A stretch of 64,000 bases of DNA. It comes from Escherichia coli (GTDB lineage: Bacteria; Pseudomonadota; Gammaproteobacteria; Enterobacterales; Enterobacteriaceae). The DNA is taken from assembly GCF_050920415.1 (NCBI RefSeq), contig NZ_CP169309.1; one strand, written 5' to 3'. The notes below the pieces were generated by a model. The model did not search any database and was not told the DNA's origin. It saw only the letters and a program-made list of their open reading frames with translations. Made by a program: the position numbers and the translations under genes. Positions 17,735 through 24,289 of the stretch are shown piece by piece (positions within the stretch are counted from its first letter, which is position 1; every line of letters starts with the position of its first letter).

Positions 17735-17947
17735 TTTTTTGTAAATGTTTTCGGGAACGCTCCAGTGATGAACAAAAAACAACCTGATTCGACACTAAAA
17801 ATTTTTATTCCTCAATATATCAATAACTTATAGTGGTGGTGATGGTGCCATAAAAATCAAAAAATGCGCCTTTTTCCGCGCCCGCCCGCCCCGTGGACAG
17901 GCCCACCAAGCCAGGAGTACCTACAAAAAAGCCGGATTGCTCCGGCT
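17735..17947 (-). promoter_or_regulatory. Conserved intergenic cassette B (paralogue of cassette A)
   Basis: Same order of blocks as cassette A: hairpin AGCCGGA-GCAA-TCCGGCT followed by T6 (17925-17947), the 36-nt block at 17860-17895, AGGTTGTTTTTTGTTC (17770-17785), 24 nt, and TTTACA (17740-17745). Confidence 0.55.
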
Positions 17948-17965
17948 GTGTGCTCACTTCTTCGG

Positions 17966-18217
17966 TTATTCTCCAGCGCTTTTAACGTTGATGGTTGTAA
18001 CCTGTTCCGCTTCGGCAATCTCCCATTCTGTCAGCGTGGCAAAGTTTGCCGCCGCTGTGGTCATGAATGCGCTTATCAGGTCGGGATGTGCTTTCGCGTA
18101 TCCTTCCCCCGTGTTGCGGTCGATGATTTTTATCGCCACTCTCAGCCAGTGCTCTGTAAGGTCAATGGCGCGGTTATGCTGCTTCTTCTGATTATTAAGT
18201 TTTCCTGATGTGCGCAT
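17966..18217 (-). CDS. Hypothetical protein (83 aa)
   Basis: ORF MRTSGKLNNQKKQHNRAIDLTEHWLRV..., followed by the cassette B terminator. No family recognised. Confidence 0.5.
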   Translation of the reverse strand: MRTSGKLNNQKKQHNRAIDLTEHWLRVAIKIIDRNTGEGYAKAHPDLISAFMTTAAANFATLTEWEIAEAEQVTTINVKSAGE

Positions 18218-18261
18218 TTTTATTTTTACCCCCTCGTTTAAAAAGTTTTGAGTTGTGCCTC

Positions 18262-18500
18262 CCCTTGTCTACCTTATCTACCTTACTGGCCACCATGCCA
18301 GTAATGGCGCGGCTTTCAGTGGGGTAGAGTGCTTTTATCCACTATCTACCCCGTATCTACCTCCCTGTCTGATTCAGGTAAAATCAGGTAGAGAGGGTAG
18401 ATAGTAGGTAGACAGTAAAAAAAGGCTGTCTACCCAAGTTAATGTACTGAATTAAATGTATTTTTCTTTACTCAGGTAGACAGGGTAGACAGCCATTGCA
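18262..18500. repeat. Iteron array (putative replication origin of the island)
   Basis: Eleven copies of (G/A)TCTACC or its complement GGTAGA(C/T/G), starting at 18267, 18276, 18322, 18344, 18355, 18387, 18396, 18407, 18428, 18475 and 18484. They flank an AT-rich stretch (18436-18470). The array lies immediately 3' of the primase-helicase gene. Confidence 0.7.
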
Positions 18501-18505
18501 ACAAA

Positions 18506-20254
18506 TTATAAAAACGCGTCGCAATCGTCTGTTGTTATTGCGTTAGTCTGCGTTACTCCTTTAACTTTCCGCGTAATATATTCATGTCCGTAAACTTTCG
18601 CGGCTGGCTTCATAGCCTTGCCAAAGTCATTTACGTTTAGCGGTTTGCTCCTGCCTGCGTACGCCATAAACGCCAGATAGACGCGGTAAAGGCTGTTTCT
18701 GGTCGTGTACTTCACTGAATCGCCACCGCCGCCCATCATCAGGCCGCGTGCTTCCTCCAGAAAATTCAGGAACTGGCAAAACTCAATAACCGGATCCGTC
18801 TGTTGCTTTATTGCCAGTGCTTCATCACCGTCACGCTGTTCAATGAGTAAAGCCCGTGCCTTTTCAGGGTCGGCAAAGTTCGCCAGCAAGCGGCGGATAA
18901 TGACAGGGATTTCAGCCGCGATCTTTTCCGGTAGCTCCCTGTCTTTTTCTGCCTCGCTTACGATGTTATCGAACCGGAATATCACCCGACGACGTGCCAC
19001 ACCTCCGGCCCGTTCGGTGAATATCATCGGATTGTTATTGGTTGCCAGCACCACCGCCCTGATTACCGCCGTAAAACGCTTTTCATATTTCGGGTTAATT
19101 TCCACGGGGTCGCCGCCCGTGATTTTCTTGATGCCCGTTCCTTCGCCTGTATATTTCTGCTGGTCTGCCAGGACGATAAGACGACTCCCGACAACCTGCG
19201 CACGCCCACCAGCATCATCAAGCGATGTCATTTCAGCGCTTACCGTGTTTTGTTTCCCTGCCAGAAGGCTGGCTATGTGTGTGAATGTACTTTTACCGCT
19301 CCCGCCGTCTCCGGTGGCCTCAATAAACATCTGCCAGTCGTACCGGTTCGCCATAATCATGTACAGCGCGGCACATATACGCATCATCTTGCTCGGGTCT
19401 TTTCCGGCTGCGTGCTCAAGCCATTTATGAAAGTTTGGCGCGTTATCGCGGATGTTCTCCCCGGGTGCTGGTGGCGTGTACTCAATGCCGTTGTGCGTGG
19501 TGATCCAGTTCTCCGGCGTGTGCGGGGAAAATTCCCCCGTTTTCAGGTCAAGCGCACCATTGGCGAACGGCAGCAAATCGCCGGACGGCTCGCCCATTGG
19601 TTCGGCAATAACTTTTAACGCTTCCACGGCGTTATTGATTACGCGCTTGCTGAAAGTGGCCCTGTGCTCTGAATAGATAGCCACCATTTCGCGGCTCAGC
19701 TCCATTGTGCTGACCGGACACCATACCCCGCCGCGCCATACGTGAACGATTTCACTTTCAGGATGCACACAAACGCCATCAAAGCGCTCGGCAAGCAGCT
19801 GCGCGCGCTCACTGTCTGCCATTTGTGCCAGTTGCGTATTTTTCTGCTCCGGCATGGTAAGCCCTGCGGCAATATTTTCACGCTCAGCATTCAGATAGCG
19901 CCGCCAGTTTTCACACTTCTGGACGTGCATTCCTTCGGGGTAAAAATTTGCGTCCTGAATATCTGCCGCCGCCAGCTTCTGACCAATCTTTTTGGTCTCC
20001 ACCAAATCCAGTTCTCCGGCCTGGTACAGCCTTACGCGCTTTTTCCCATCCGGAACAATTTTCAGTGCATCAAGTTCGGCAAGCTGATTTGGCCCAAGCC
20101 ACACAGGCGGCACATTATCGCCGGATGCGGGGCCATCCTGCTCCTGCCATTGTTTCGCGTGCGACCAGGCATCACTACCCGCGAAAATAATTACCTCTGT
20201 GTCTTTGTGTTTTATTCCGCGTGGCTGTTTTTTTACGTTCGGTGCCAGTTTCAT
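18506..20254 (-). CDS. P4/D5-family primase-helicase (replication initiator, SF3 NTPase)
   Basis: 582 aa. Walker A GDGGSGKST, Walker B LIVLADQ. A D5_N-like region (LPFANGALDLKTGEFSPHTPENWITT) and a C-terminal DNA-binding-like domain. Confidence 0.8.
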   Translation of the reverse strand: MKLAPNVKKQPRGIKHKDTEVIIFAGSDAWSHAKQWQEQDGPASGDNVPPVWLGPNQLAELDALKIVPDGKKRVRLYQAGELDLVETKKIGQKLAAADIQDANFYPEGMHVQKCENWRRYLNAERENIAAGLTMPEQKNTQLAQMADSERAQLLAERFDGVCVHPESEIVHVWRGGVWCPVSTMELSREMVAIYSEHRATFSKRVINNAVEALKVIAEPMGEPSGDLLPFANGALDLKTGEFSPHTPENWITTHNGIEYTPPAPGENIRDNAPNFHKWLEHAAGKDPSKMMRICAALYMIMANRYDWQMFIEATGDGGSGKSTFTHIASLLAGKQNTVSAEMTSLDDAGGRAQVVGSRLIVLADQQKYTGEGTGIKKITGGDPVEINPKYEKRFTAVIRAVVLATNNNPMIFTERAGGVARRRVIFRFDNIVSEAEKDRELPEKIAAEIPVIIRRLLANFADPEKARALLIEQRDGDEALAIKQQTDPVIEFCQFLNFLEEARGLMMGGGGDSVKYTTRNSLYRVYLAFMAYAGRSKPLNVNDFGKAMKPAAKVYGHEYITRKVKGVTQTNAITTDDCDAFL

Positions 20255-20550
20255 TTTTTACCCCTGAATACGTTAAGCATCTTTTTTATTTCCTGAATAT
20301 TGGCGCGTGCTTTCTCCCTGCTGGTTGGTTTACTGCGGGGCGCTGCCTGTACCAGAGAAAAATCACGCCGAAACTGATAAACAGGCATCACGCAATCATA
20401 TTCGTAGCCTTCACGACGGTAGGTGATGCGCCGTTCTGCCACGCCTTTAATCGTTACCATGCCGCCATATTTATCGCGGTAAATATCGCCGCGCGTAAAT
20501 TTAGGGTGAGTGTTGCCACTAGCAGTTAAGCCAGAAATTTTCTTTTTCAT
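20251..20550 (-). CDS. Small conserved satellite protein (possibly DUF4222-like)
   Basis: 99 aa with an ATGA overlap onto the primase start. The GDIYRDKYGGMVTIKGVAERRITYRREGY motif resembles proteins found upstream of primases in P4-like islands. This comparison is from memory only. Confidence 0.5.
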   Translation of the reverse strand: MKKKISGLTASGNTHPKFTRGDIYRDKYGGMVTIKGVAERRITYRREGYEYDCVMPVYQFRRDFSLVQAAPRSKPTSREKARANIQEIKKMLNVFRGKK

Positions 20551-20566
20551 GGTTTTTATTCCGCGT

Positions 20567-20782
20567 TTATTTTTTATCGTGAATTTCGATCGCTTTATTT
20601 AATTCGGTGATTACCGTATCGAGTAATGAAATAAACGCACCAGCAAGATTAGATTCACGTTCACCTTCCGGCGCATCACTTAAACCATCAAGCCAGATAA
20701 GCAATATTTGCCGCAAGCATTCACTGTTAGTCAGTGCGTTTTCTGCATGGCTCATTAATTTAAAATAACGGTCATCATGCAT
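20567..20782 (-). CDS. Hypothetical protein (71 aa from MHDDRYFK)
   Basis: The start overlaps the stop of the upstream ORF (ATGCATGA). The ORF track offers a longer 86-aa form. Confidence 0.45.
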   Translation of the reverse strand: MHDDRYFKLMSHAENALTNSECLRQILLIWLDGLSDAPEGERESNLAGAFISLLDTVITELNKAIEIHDKK

Positions 20783-21011
20783 GGTGCGCCCCTTGAATAT
20801 CTGCGGTAAGAATTTTGCCTGCCTCATTCAGCGCCATATCAGCACTAAGTTGCATAACCGCCAGCGAATGAGGAACGAAAGCCCCTGCATATTCTGTTTC
20901 ACTGGTGGCGTGCTTATGCGCCATGTCAGCAATAACAGAAATATCAATAAGCGCATCCATCAGCGTTTTGATGGCTTCGGCGGCTGCGTCCGGACGGGGG
21001 TTATTGCACAT
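20775..21011 (-). CDS. Hypothetical protein (78 aa)
   Basis: The ORF overlaps the Icd-like gene stop by 11 nt. Operon context only. Confidence 0.45.
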   Translation of the reverse strand: MCNNPRPDAAAEAIKTLMDALIDISVIADMAHKHATSETEYAGAFVPHSLAVMQLSADMALNEAGKILTADIQGAHHA

Positions 21012-21207
21012 GGCGCACCTCCTGACGAATACGGGCGGCGAATACCATCACGCAGCCAGCCGGGGATTGCTGGCGGGCTTCCTGTTCGCTGGTGGCCTCG
21101 ATGGTAATCACGCGCGGTTGTGCCGTGCTCAGGGCGATAAAACGCCAGATGTATTTATTCAGGTTGTGCGAATCCCGCCCTTGCGGGTGTGTGGTATGAT
21201 TTCTCAT
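21001..21207 (-). CDS. Icd-like (host cell division inhibitor-like) small protein
   Basis: This is the last 68 codons of the 367-aa ORF: MRNHTTHPQGRDSHNLNKYIWRFIALS...ATSEQEARQQSPAGCVMVFAARI. The pattern is recalled from Icd-like proteins of P4-type prophages. Confidence 0.5.
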   Translation of the reverse strand: MRNHTTHPQGRDSHNLNKYIWRFIALSTAQPRVITIEATSEQEARQQSPAGCVMVFAARIRQEVRHVQ

Positions 21208-21291
21208 AGCTGCCTCGATACTCTTTCTATCGTTGGTGGTTAGACGCCCTGCATGTGTGCCACCACTGCGGGGCGTTGCGTTTTTTGATGC

Positions 21292-21347
21292 ACACGTGTT
21301 AAGGTGTACACCTACAAAGCAAAAACATAACGCCATAGGTGTACACA
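21292..21347. promoter_or_regulatory. Palindromic operators upstream of and overlapping the RHH gene start
   Basis: ACACGTGT (21292-21299), AGGTGTACACCT (21302-21313, a perfect 12-mer) and AGGTGTACAC (21338-21347, abutting ATG 21347). Confidence 0.55.
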
Positions 21348-21541
21348 TGTCAACAGTTATTAAGCGCGATAAAAAACAAAAAGGCACAGGAAAGACCCCA
21401 CCGTTCCATATGCGTATAGTTCCTGAATTGAAGGAGCAGTTTGATAACGAAGCCAGTAACGATGGAGTAAGTCTTGCCAACTGGCTTAAAGAGTTGGGGC
21501 GCGCCGAACTAAAGCGACGCGGCATTGAACCTAAAGGCTGA
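21347..21541 (+). CDS. Ribbon-helix-helix (Arc/MetJ/CopG-like) DNA-binding protein
   Basis: 64 aa from MSTVIKRDKKQKG. FHMRIVPELKEQFDNEASNDGVSLANWLKELGRAEL fits a beta-strand/helix/helix RHH pattern. Confidence 0.55.
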   Translation: MSTVIKRDKKQKGTGKTPPFHMRIVPELKEQFDNEASNDGVSLANWLKELGRAELKRRGIEPKG

Positions 21542-21544
21542 TGT

Positions 21545-21664
21545 ATGACCGATAACAAACTTTCTCTAACAGAGAATAAACCATCAGGCTTCTTACCAAG
21601 AAAAATCCTTGATGAGATCAAACGCCGCCAGCGTAAAAAATCCAAAGGAGCAGACACGGAATAG
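21545..21664 (+). CDS. Micro-ORF, 39-aa highly basic peptide
   Basis: MTDNKLSLTENKPSGFLPRKILDEIKRRQRKKSKGADTE. It starts 3 nt after the RHH stop. Found by hand translation, as it falls below the ORF-track cutoff. Confidence 0.3.
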   Translation: MTDNKLSLTENKPSGFLPRKILDEIKRRQRKKSKGADTE

Positions 21665-21667
21665 CTT

Positions 21668-21832
21668 ATGCAACAAATACCATACTGGCTTGGCTCTCTG
21701 TTTGTATTTGCATTTCTCATGAAATATTGCATTAGCAATGAACTTGTCGGTAATGAAAGTGCATGCGCGAGCGCTGAAAAAAATATTCCACTTCTCGTAT
21801 ATGAAAACGAAAGCCCTGTGAACCGCAATTGA
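21668..21832 (+). CDS. Micro-ORF, 54-aa peptide with hydrophobic N-terminus
   Basis: MQQIPYWLGSLFVFAFLMKYCISNE... It starts 3 nt after the previous stop. Found by hand translation. Confidence 0.3.
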   Translation: MQQIPYWLGSLFVFAFLMKYCISNELVGNESACASAEKNIPLLVYENESPVNRN

Positions 21833-22108
21833 GCGAAATTTAATGAATTCACTCTTTGCCCACCAGCCGCAAATGTGGCATTGTTGGCGATGCTCATGCG
21901 TTGGGGATAACGTGTAGCTTGTGTCGAAGGGCCATCGTGACAGGTGGCCTTTTCTTTACCTGTTATCTGGCAATTGTGGCGCTTCGTCACACGGTTGATA
22001 TAATTCCCCTGCACTGATCCATTTTTTTCGCAGCAGGTTAATTGTTCGCAAGGGCGCTCCGGCAACGGGGCGCTTTTTGTTATGTTCATCACGTTACGCC
22101 TCACACCA

Positions 22109-22315
22109 TTACGCAGCCGTTCCGCGCGCTTCTTCCTCGCGCTCTTTCAGCCAGGCCAGCACTTCATCTTCATACCAGCCAACACGACGCAGACCGATTT
22201 TGAAGCCTTTCGGAAATTTTCCGGCGTTGATCATGTCCTGTAGCGAACTGTCTGCCTTGATGCGCAGAATATTTTTTACTTCCTGACGGGTAAGAATTTT
22301 TCTGATTGTTTCCAC
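22109..22315 (-). CDS. alpA: AlpA-family (MerR-like HTH) phage/satellite transcriptional regulator-excisionase
   Basis: 68 aa. ILTRQEVKNILRIKADSSLQDMINAGKFPKGFKIGLRRVGWYEDEVLAWL is the typical AlpA/Xis HTH pattern. Confidence 0.8.
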   Translation of the reverse strand: METIRKILTRQEVKNILRIKADSSLQDMINAGKFPKGFKIGLRRVGWYEDEVLAWLKEREEEARGTAA

Positions 22316-22383
22316 TATGTTTTACCTCGTTAATCCGGCGTATTCCGGTGATAAATACGGTAAAACAGGGCAGGGCGGGAAAA

Positions 22384-22417
22384 ACAGTACCCACCGTTTT
22401 AAAACGGTACCCACTGT
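22384..22417. promoter_or_regulatory. Composite operator upstream of alpA
   Basis: ACAGT-ACCCAC-CGTTTTAAAACG-GT-ACCCAC-TGT. It contains a perfect 16-bp palindrome ACCGTTTTAAAACGGT (22393-22408), direct ACCCAC repeats and outer ACAGT/ACTGT arms. Confidence 0.5.
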
Positions 22418-22485
22418 TTTTTATCTTATTGATTACGCTTTTCTTTCTGCAAAAAAATAGCGACCGCAAGGGGCCGCTATTGTGA

Positions 22486-22728
22486 TTACCGTTTCCACTT
22501 CTTAGGTCGCCCACCGCATTTAAGGCTGGTGGGCCTCAGCACCTTGTCGATGCTTTCAGCCAGATTTTTCGATGCGCCACGCGAGCGCAAAAAACTGACT
22601 ACCTCGTGTTTTGTGGGGGCAGTTGATTTGTCTTCCGGATCGTACGTTGACCAGAATTCACGATTTGCCATTAAGGCCAACTGAAGGCCTTCACCATAGG
22701 CAGGGGATACCTTTTCATTGAAAAACAC
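22486..22728 (-). CDS. Hypothetical protein (80 aa) with basic C-terminal tail
   Basis: ORF between int and alpA ending ...GGRPKKWKR, followed by a hairpin and T7 run. No family recognised. Confidence 0.5.
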   Translation of the reverse strand: MFFNEKVSPAYGEGLQLALMANREFWSTYDPEDKSTAPTKHEVVSFLRSRGASKNLAESIDKVLRPTSLKCGGRPKKWKR

Positions 22729-22829
22729 TCGGATAACTCCTTGAATTTCAAGAGTCGGGTCTCTCTGTATATGGTGATTATACGATGGTTTAGCATGGTT
22801 TGCATCGCTTTTACTGGTTTTTTGTACAG

Positions 22830-24071
22830 TTATACGGCACGGATACCCCTTTTACCACTGGCTATGGTCACTCCGGTTGCTGCGGCCTCTACAAATTCCC
22901 CCCACCAGCGCATAAGCACCACGCGCTTTTCCAGGTAGTTACTTCGGTTATATGCTCGCCTTACCTCGTTCGTGTCCACGTGTGCGAGTGCGGCCTCGAT
23001 TACGTCCGGCTCGAATCCTTCCTCGTTCGCTGCTGTGCTGAATATGGCGCGTAATCCATGAGACACCAGCACGCCAGCGAATCCCATTCGCCGCAATGCT
23101 GCGTTGGCGGTCTGGCTGTTCATAGGCTGCCGTGGGTCTTTCAGGCTAGGGAAAACGTGCTCGCGGTGGTGGCTGATTGGCTTCATGGCCTCCAGTACCG
23201 CCATAGCCTGACTACAAAGCGGGATAACGTGATCACGCCGCATCTTCATGCGTCCGGCGGGGATCGTCCATTGTTGCGCGTCCATGTCGATTTCTTCCCA
23301 GCGTGCTGACGATGCTTCAACCGGACGGGTTACAGTCAGTAGCTGCCATTCAATCAGTAATCTGGTCTGCCGTTCTGTTGCTGATACGGATAAAGCCTGC
23401 ATAAGCTCCGGCAACTGTTCGGGGCGGATTGTTGGCATATGTTTTTTTACAGGGGAGGGGAACGCCTTACGCACATTCATAGCCGGATTGGCATCAATCA
23501 GCCCACTGTTGGCGGCGTAATCCATTACCTCATTAACGCGCTGTAAAACCCGCTTGAGTGTTTCCAGGTTGCCGCGCTCCTTGATGGGTGTAAGCACCTC
23601 AACGAACCTTCGGGCAGTGAGGGTATCTATTGGCGTGTTGCCGATGAACGGGAATACATATTTATCCAGCGAACGCCAGATGTCTTTAATCGTGTTGGGG
23701 GCCAGATTCTGGCTGATTTTCACCTGGTACCATGCCGCCGCCACATTTTCGAACGTGTTCCCTTGTCTTCGGGCCTCTGCCTCTCGTTTTTTCTTCTCAT
23801 GGTCCTGCGGGTCAGTTCCGGCACTGATTAACGTCCTGTACTCGCTACGGCGTTTTCTGGCATCAGCCAGGGAAACATCTTCAAGAGATCCAAAACTCAG
23901 CAATATTCTTTTTTTGTCCGATGGTCGGTAGTAGGAAAATCGCCAGAGTTTTGATCCGGACGGTTTTACCAGGAGAAAAAGCCCACCGCCGTCCTGTAGG
24001 GTGTACTCCTTTTGCGCTGGTCTGGCTGCTTTGATCTGCACTGTGGTTAATGGGGGTGTTTTTCTCGCCAT
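22830..24071 (-). CDS. int: P4/CP4-57-type tyrosine integrase
   Basis: 413 aa from MARKTPPLTTVQIKAARP...GGLFLLVKPSGSKLWRFSY (the N-terminal arm-binding domain typical of P4-type integrases). The catalytic region contains HGLR...ALAH...Y. The gene is adjacent to a tRNA. Confidence 0.9.
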   Translation of the reverse strand: MARKTPPLTTVQIKAARPAQKEYTLQDGGGLFLLVKPSGSKLWRFSYYRPSDKKRILLSFGSLEDVSLADARKRRSEYRTLISAGTDPQDHEKKKREAEARRQGNTFENVAAAWYQVKISQNLAPNTIKDIWRSLDKYVFPFIGNTPIDTLTARRFVEVLTPIKERGNLETLKRVLQRVNEVMDYAANSGLIDANPAMNVRKAFPSPVKKHMPTIRPEQLPELMQALSVSATERQTRLLIEWQLLTVTRPVEASSARWEEIDMDAQQWTIPAGRMKMRRDHVIPLCSQAMAVLEAMKPISHHREHVFPSLKDPRQPMNSQTANAALRRMGFAGVLVSHGLRAIFSTAANEEGFEPDVIEAALAHVDTNEVRRAYNRSNYLEKRVVLMRWWGEFVEAAATGVTIASGKRGIRAV

Positions 24072-24102
24072 ATGTCTATGATTCCACACGAAAAAACAGG
24101 GT

Positions 24103-24158
24103 TTTAGTTATACGGCTTTAGTTATACGCCAGCCCGTATAACTAAACGTATAACTAAA
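24103..24158. repeat. Four copies of the 11-mer GTATAACTAAA (two inverted, two direct), putative integrase arm-type sites
   Basis: Inverted copies at 24103-24113 and 24117-24127. Direct copies at 24136-24146 and 24148-24158. Confidence 0.6.
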
Positions 24159-24208
24159 AAATCCGGCTGATAGCTTATAAATCCGGTGATGTTCGGTGAC
24201 TAAAAACC

Positions 24209-24243
24209 ATAAAAAAACCCGCCAATCAAGTGATTAGCGGGTT
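24209..24243 (-). terminator. Rho-independent terminator downstream of proL, supplied by island DNA
   Basis: On the minus strand: AACCCGC-(14 nt)-GCGGGTT followed by T7. Confidence 0.6.
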
Positions 24244-24289
24244 ATCCCTGTCTTATTCGGTGCTTTCCGGTGATATCCGGTGGGCGATT

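Noticed and set aside
17562-17795. 77-aa minus-strand ORF inside cassette B.
   Set aside because: It spans hairpins, A/T runs and the conserved promoter-like blocks. It has a Lys/Arg-rich low-complexity translation and no RBS. I treat it as non-coding leader sequence.
18262-18500. Possible CRISPR array or other spacer-repeat structure.
   Set aside because: The repeats are only 7-9 nt, occur in both orientations and have irregular spacing. There are no cas genes. The pattern fits replication iterons, not CRISPR. I saw no CRISPR array anywhere in the window.
21208-22104. The upstream 299 codons of the 367-aa minus-strand ORF (21001-22104), the longest unassigned ORF in the island.
   Set aside because: Its composition (Ser/Arg/Cys/Phe-rich, low complexity) looks like antisense translation. 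It overlaps a well-formed plus-strand RHH gene with operators and tightly spaced downstream ORFs. Only the last 68 codons, which have their own ATG at 21207, resemble a known small-protein family. An open antisense frame opposite real genes is common.
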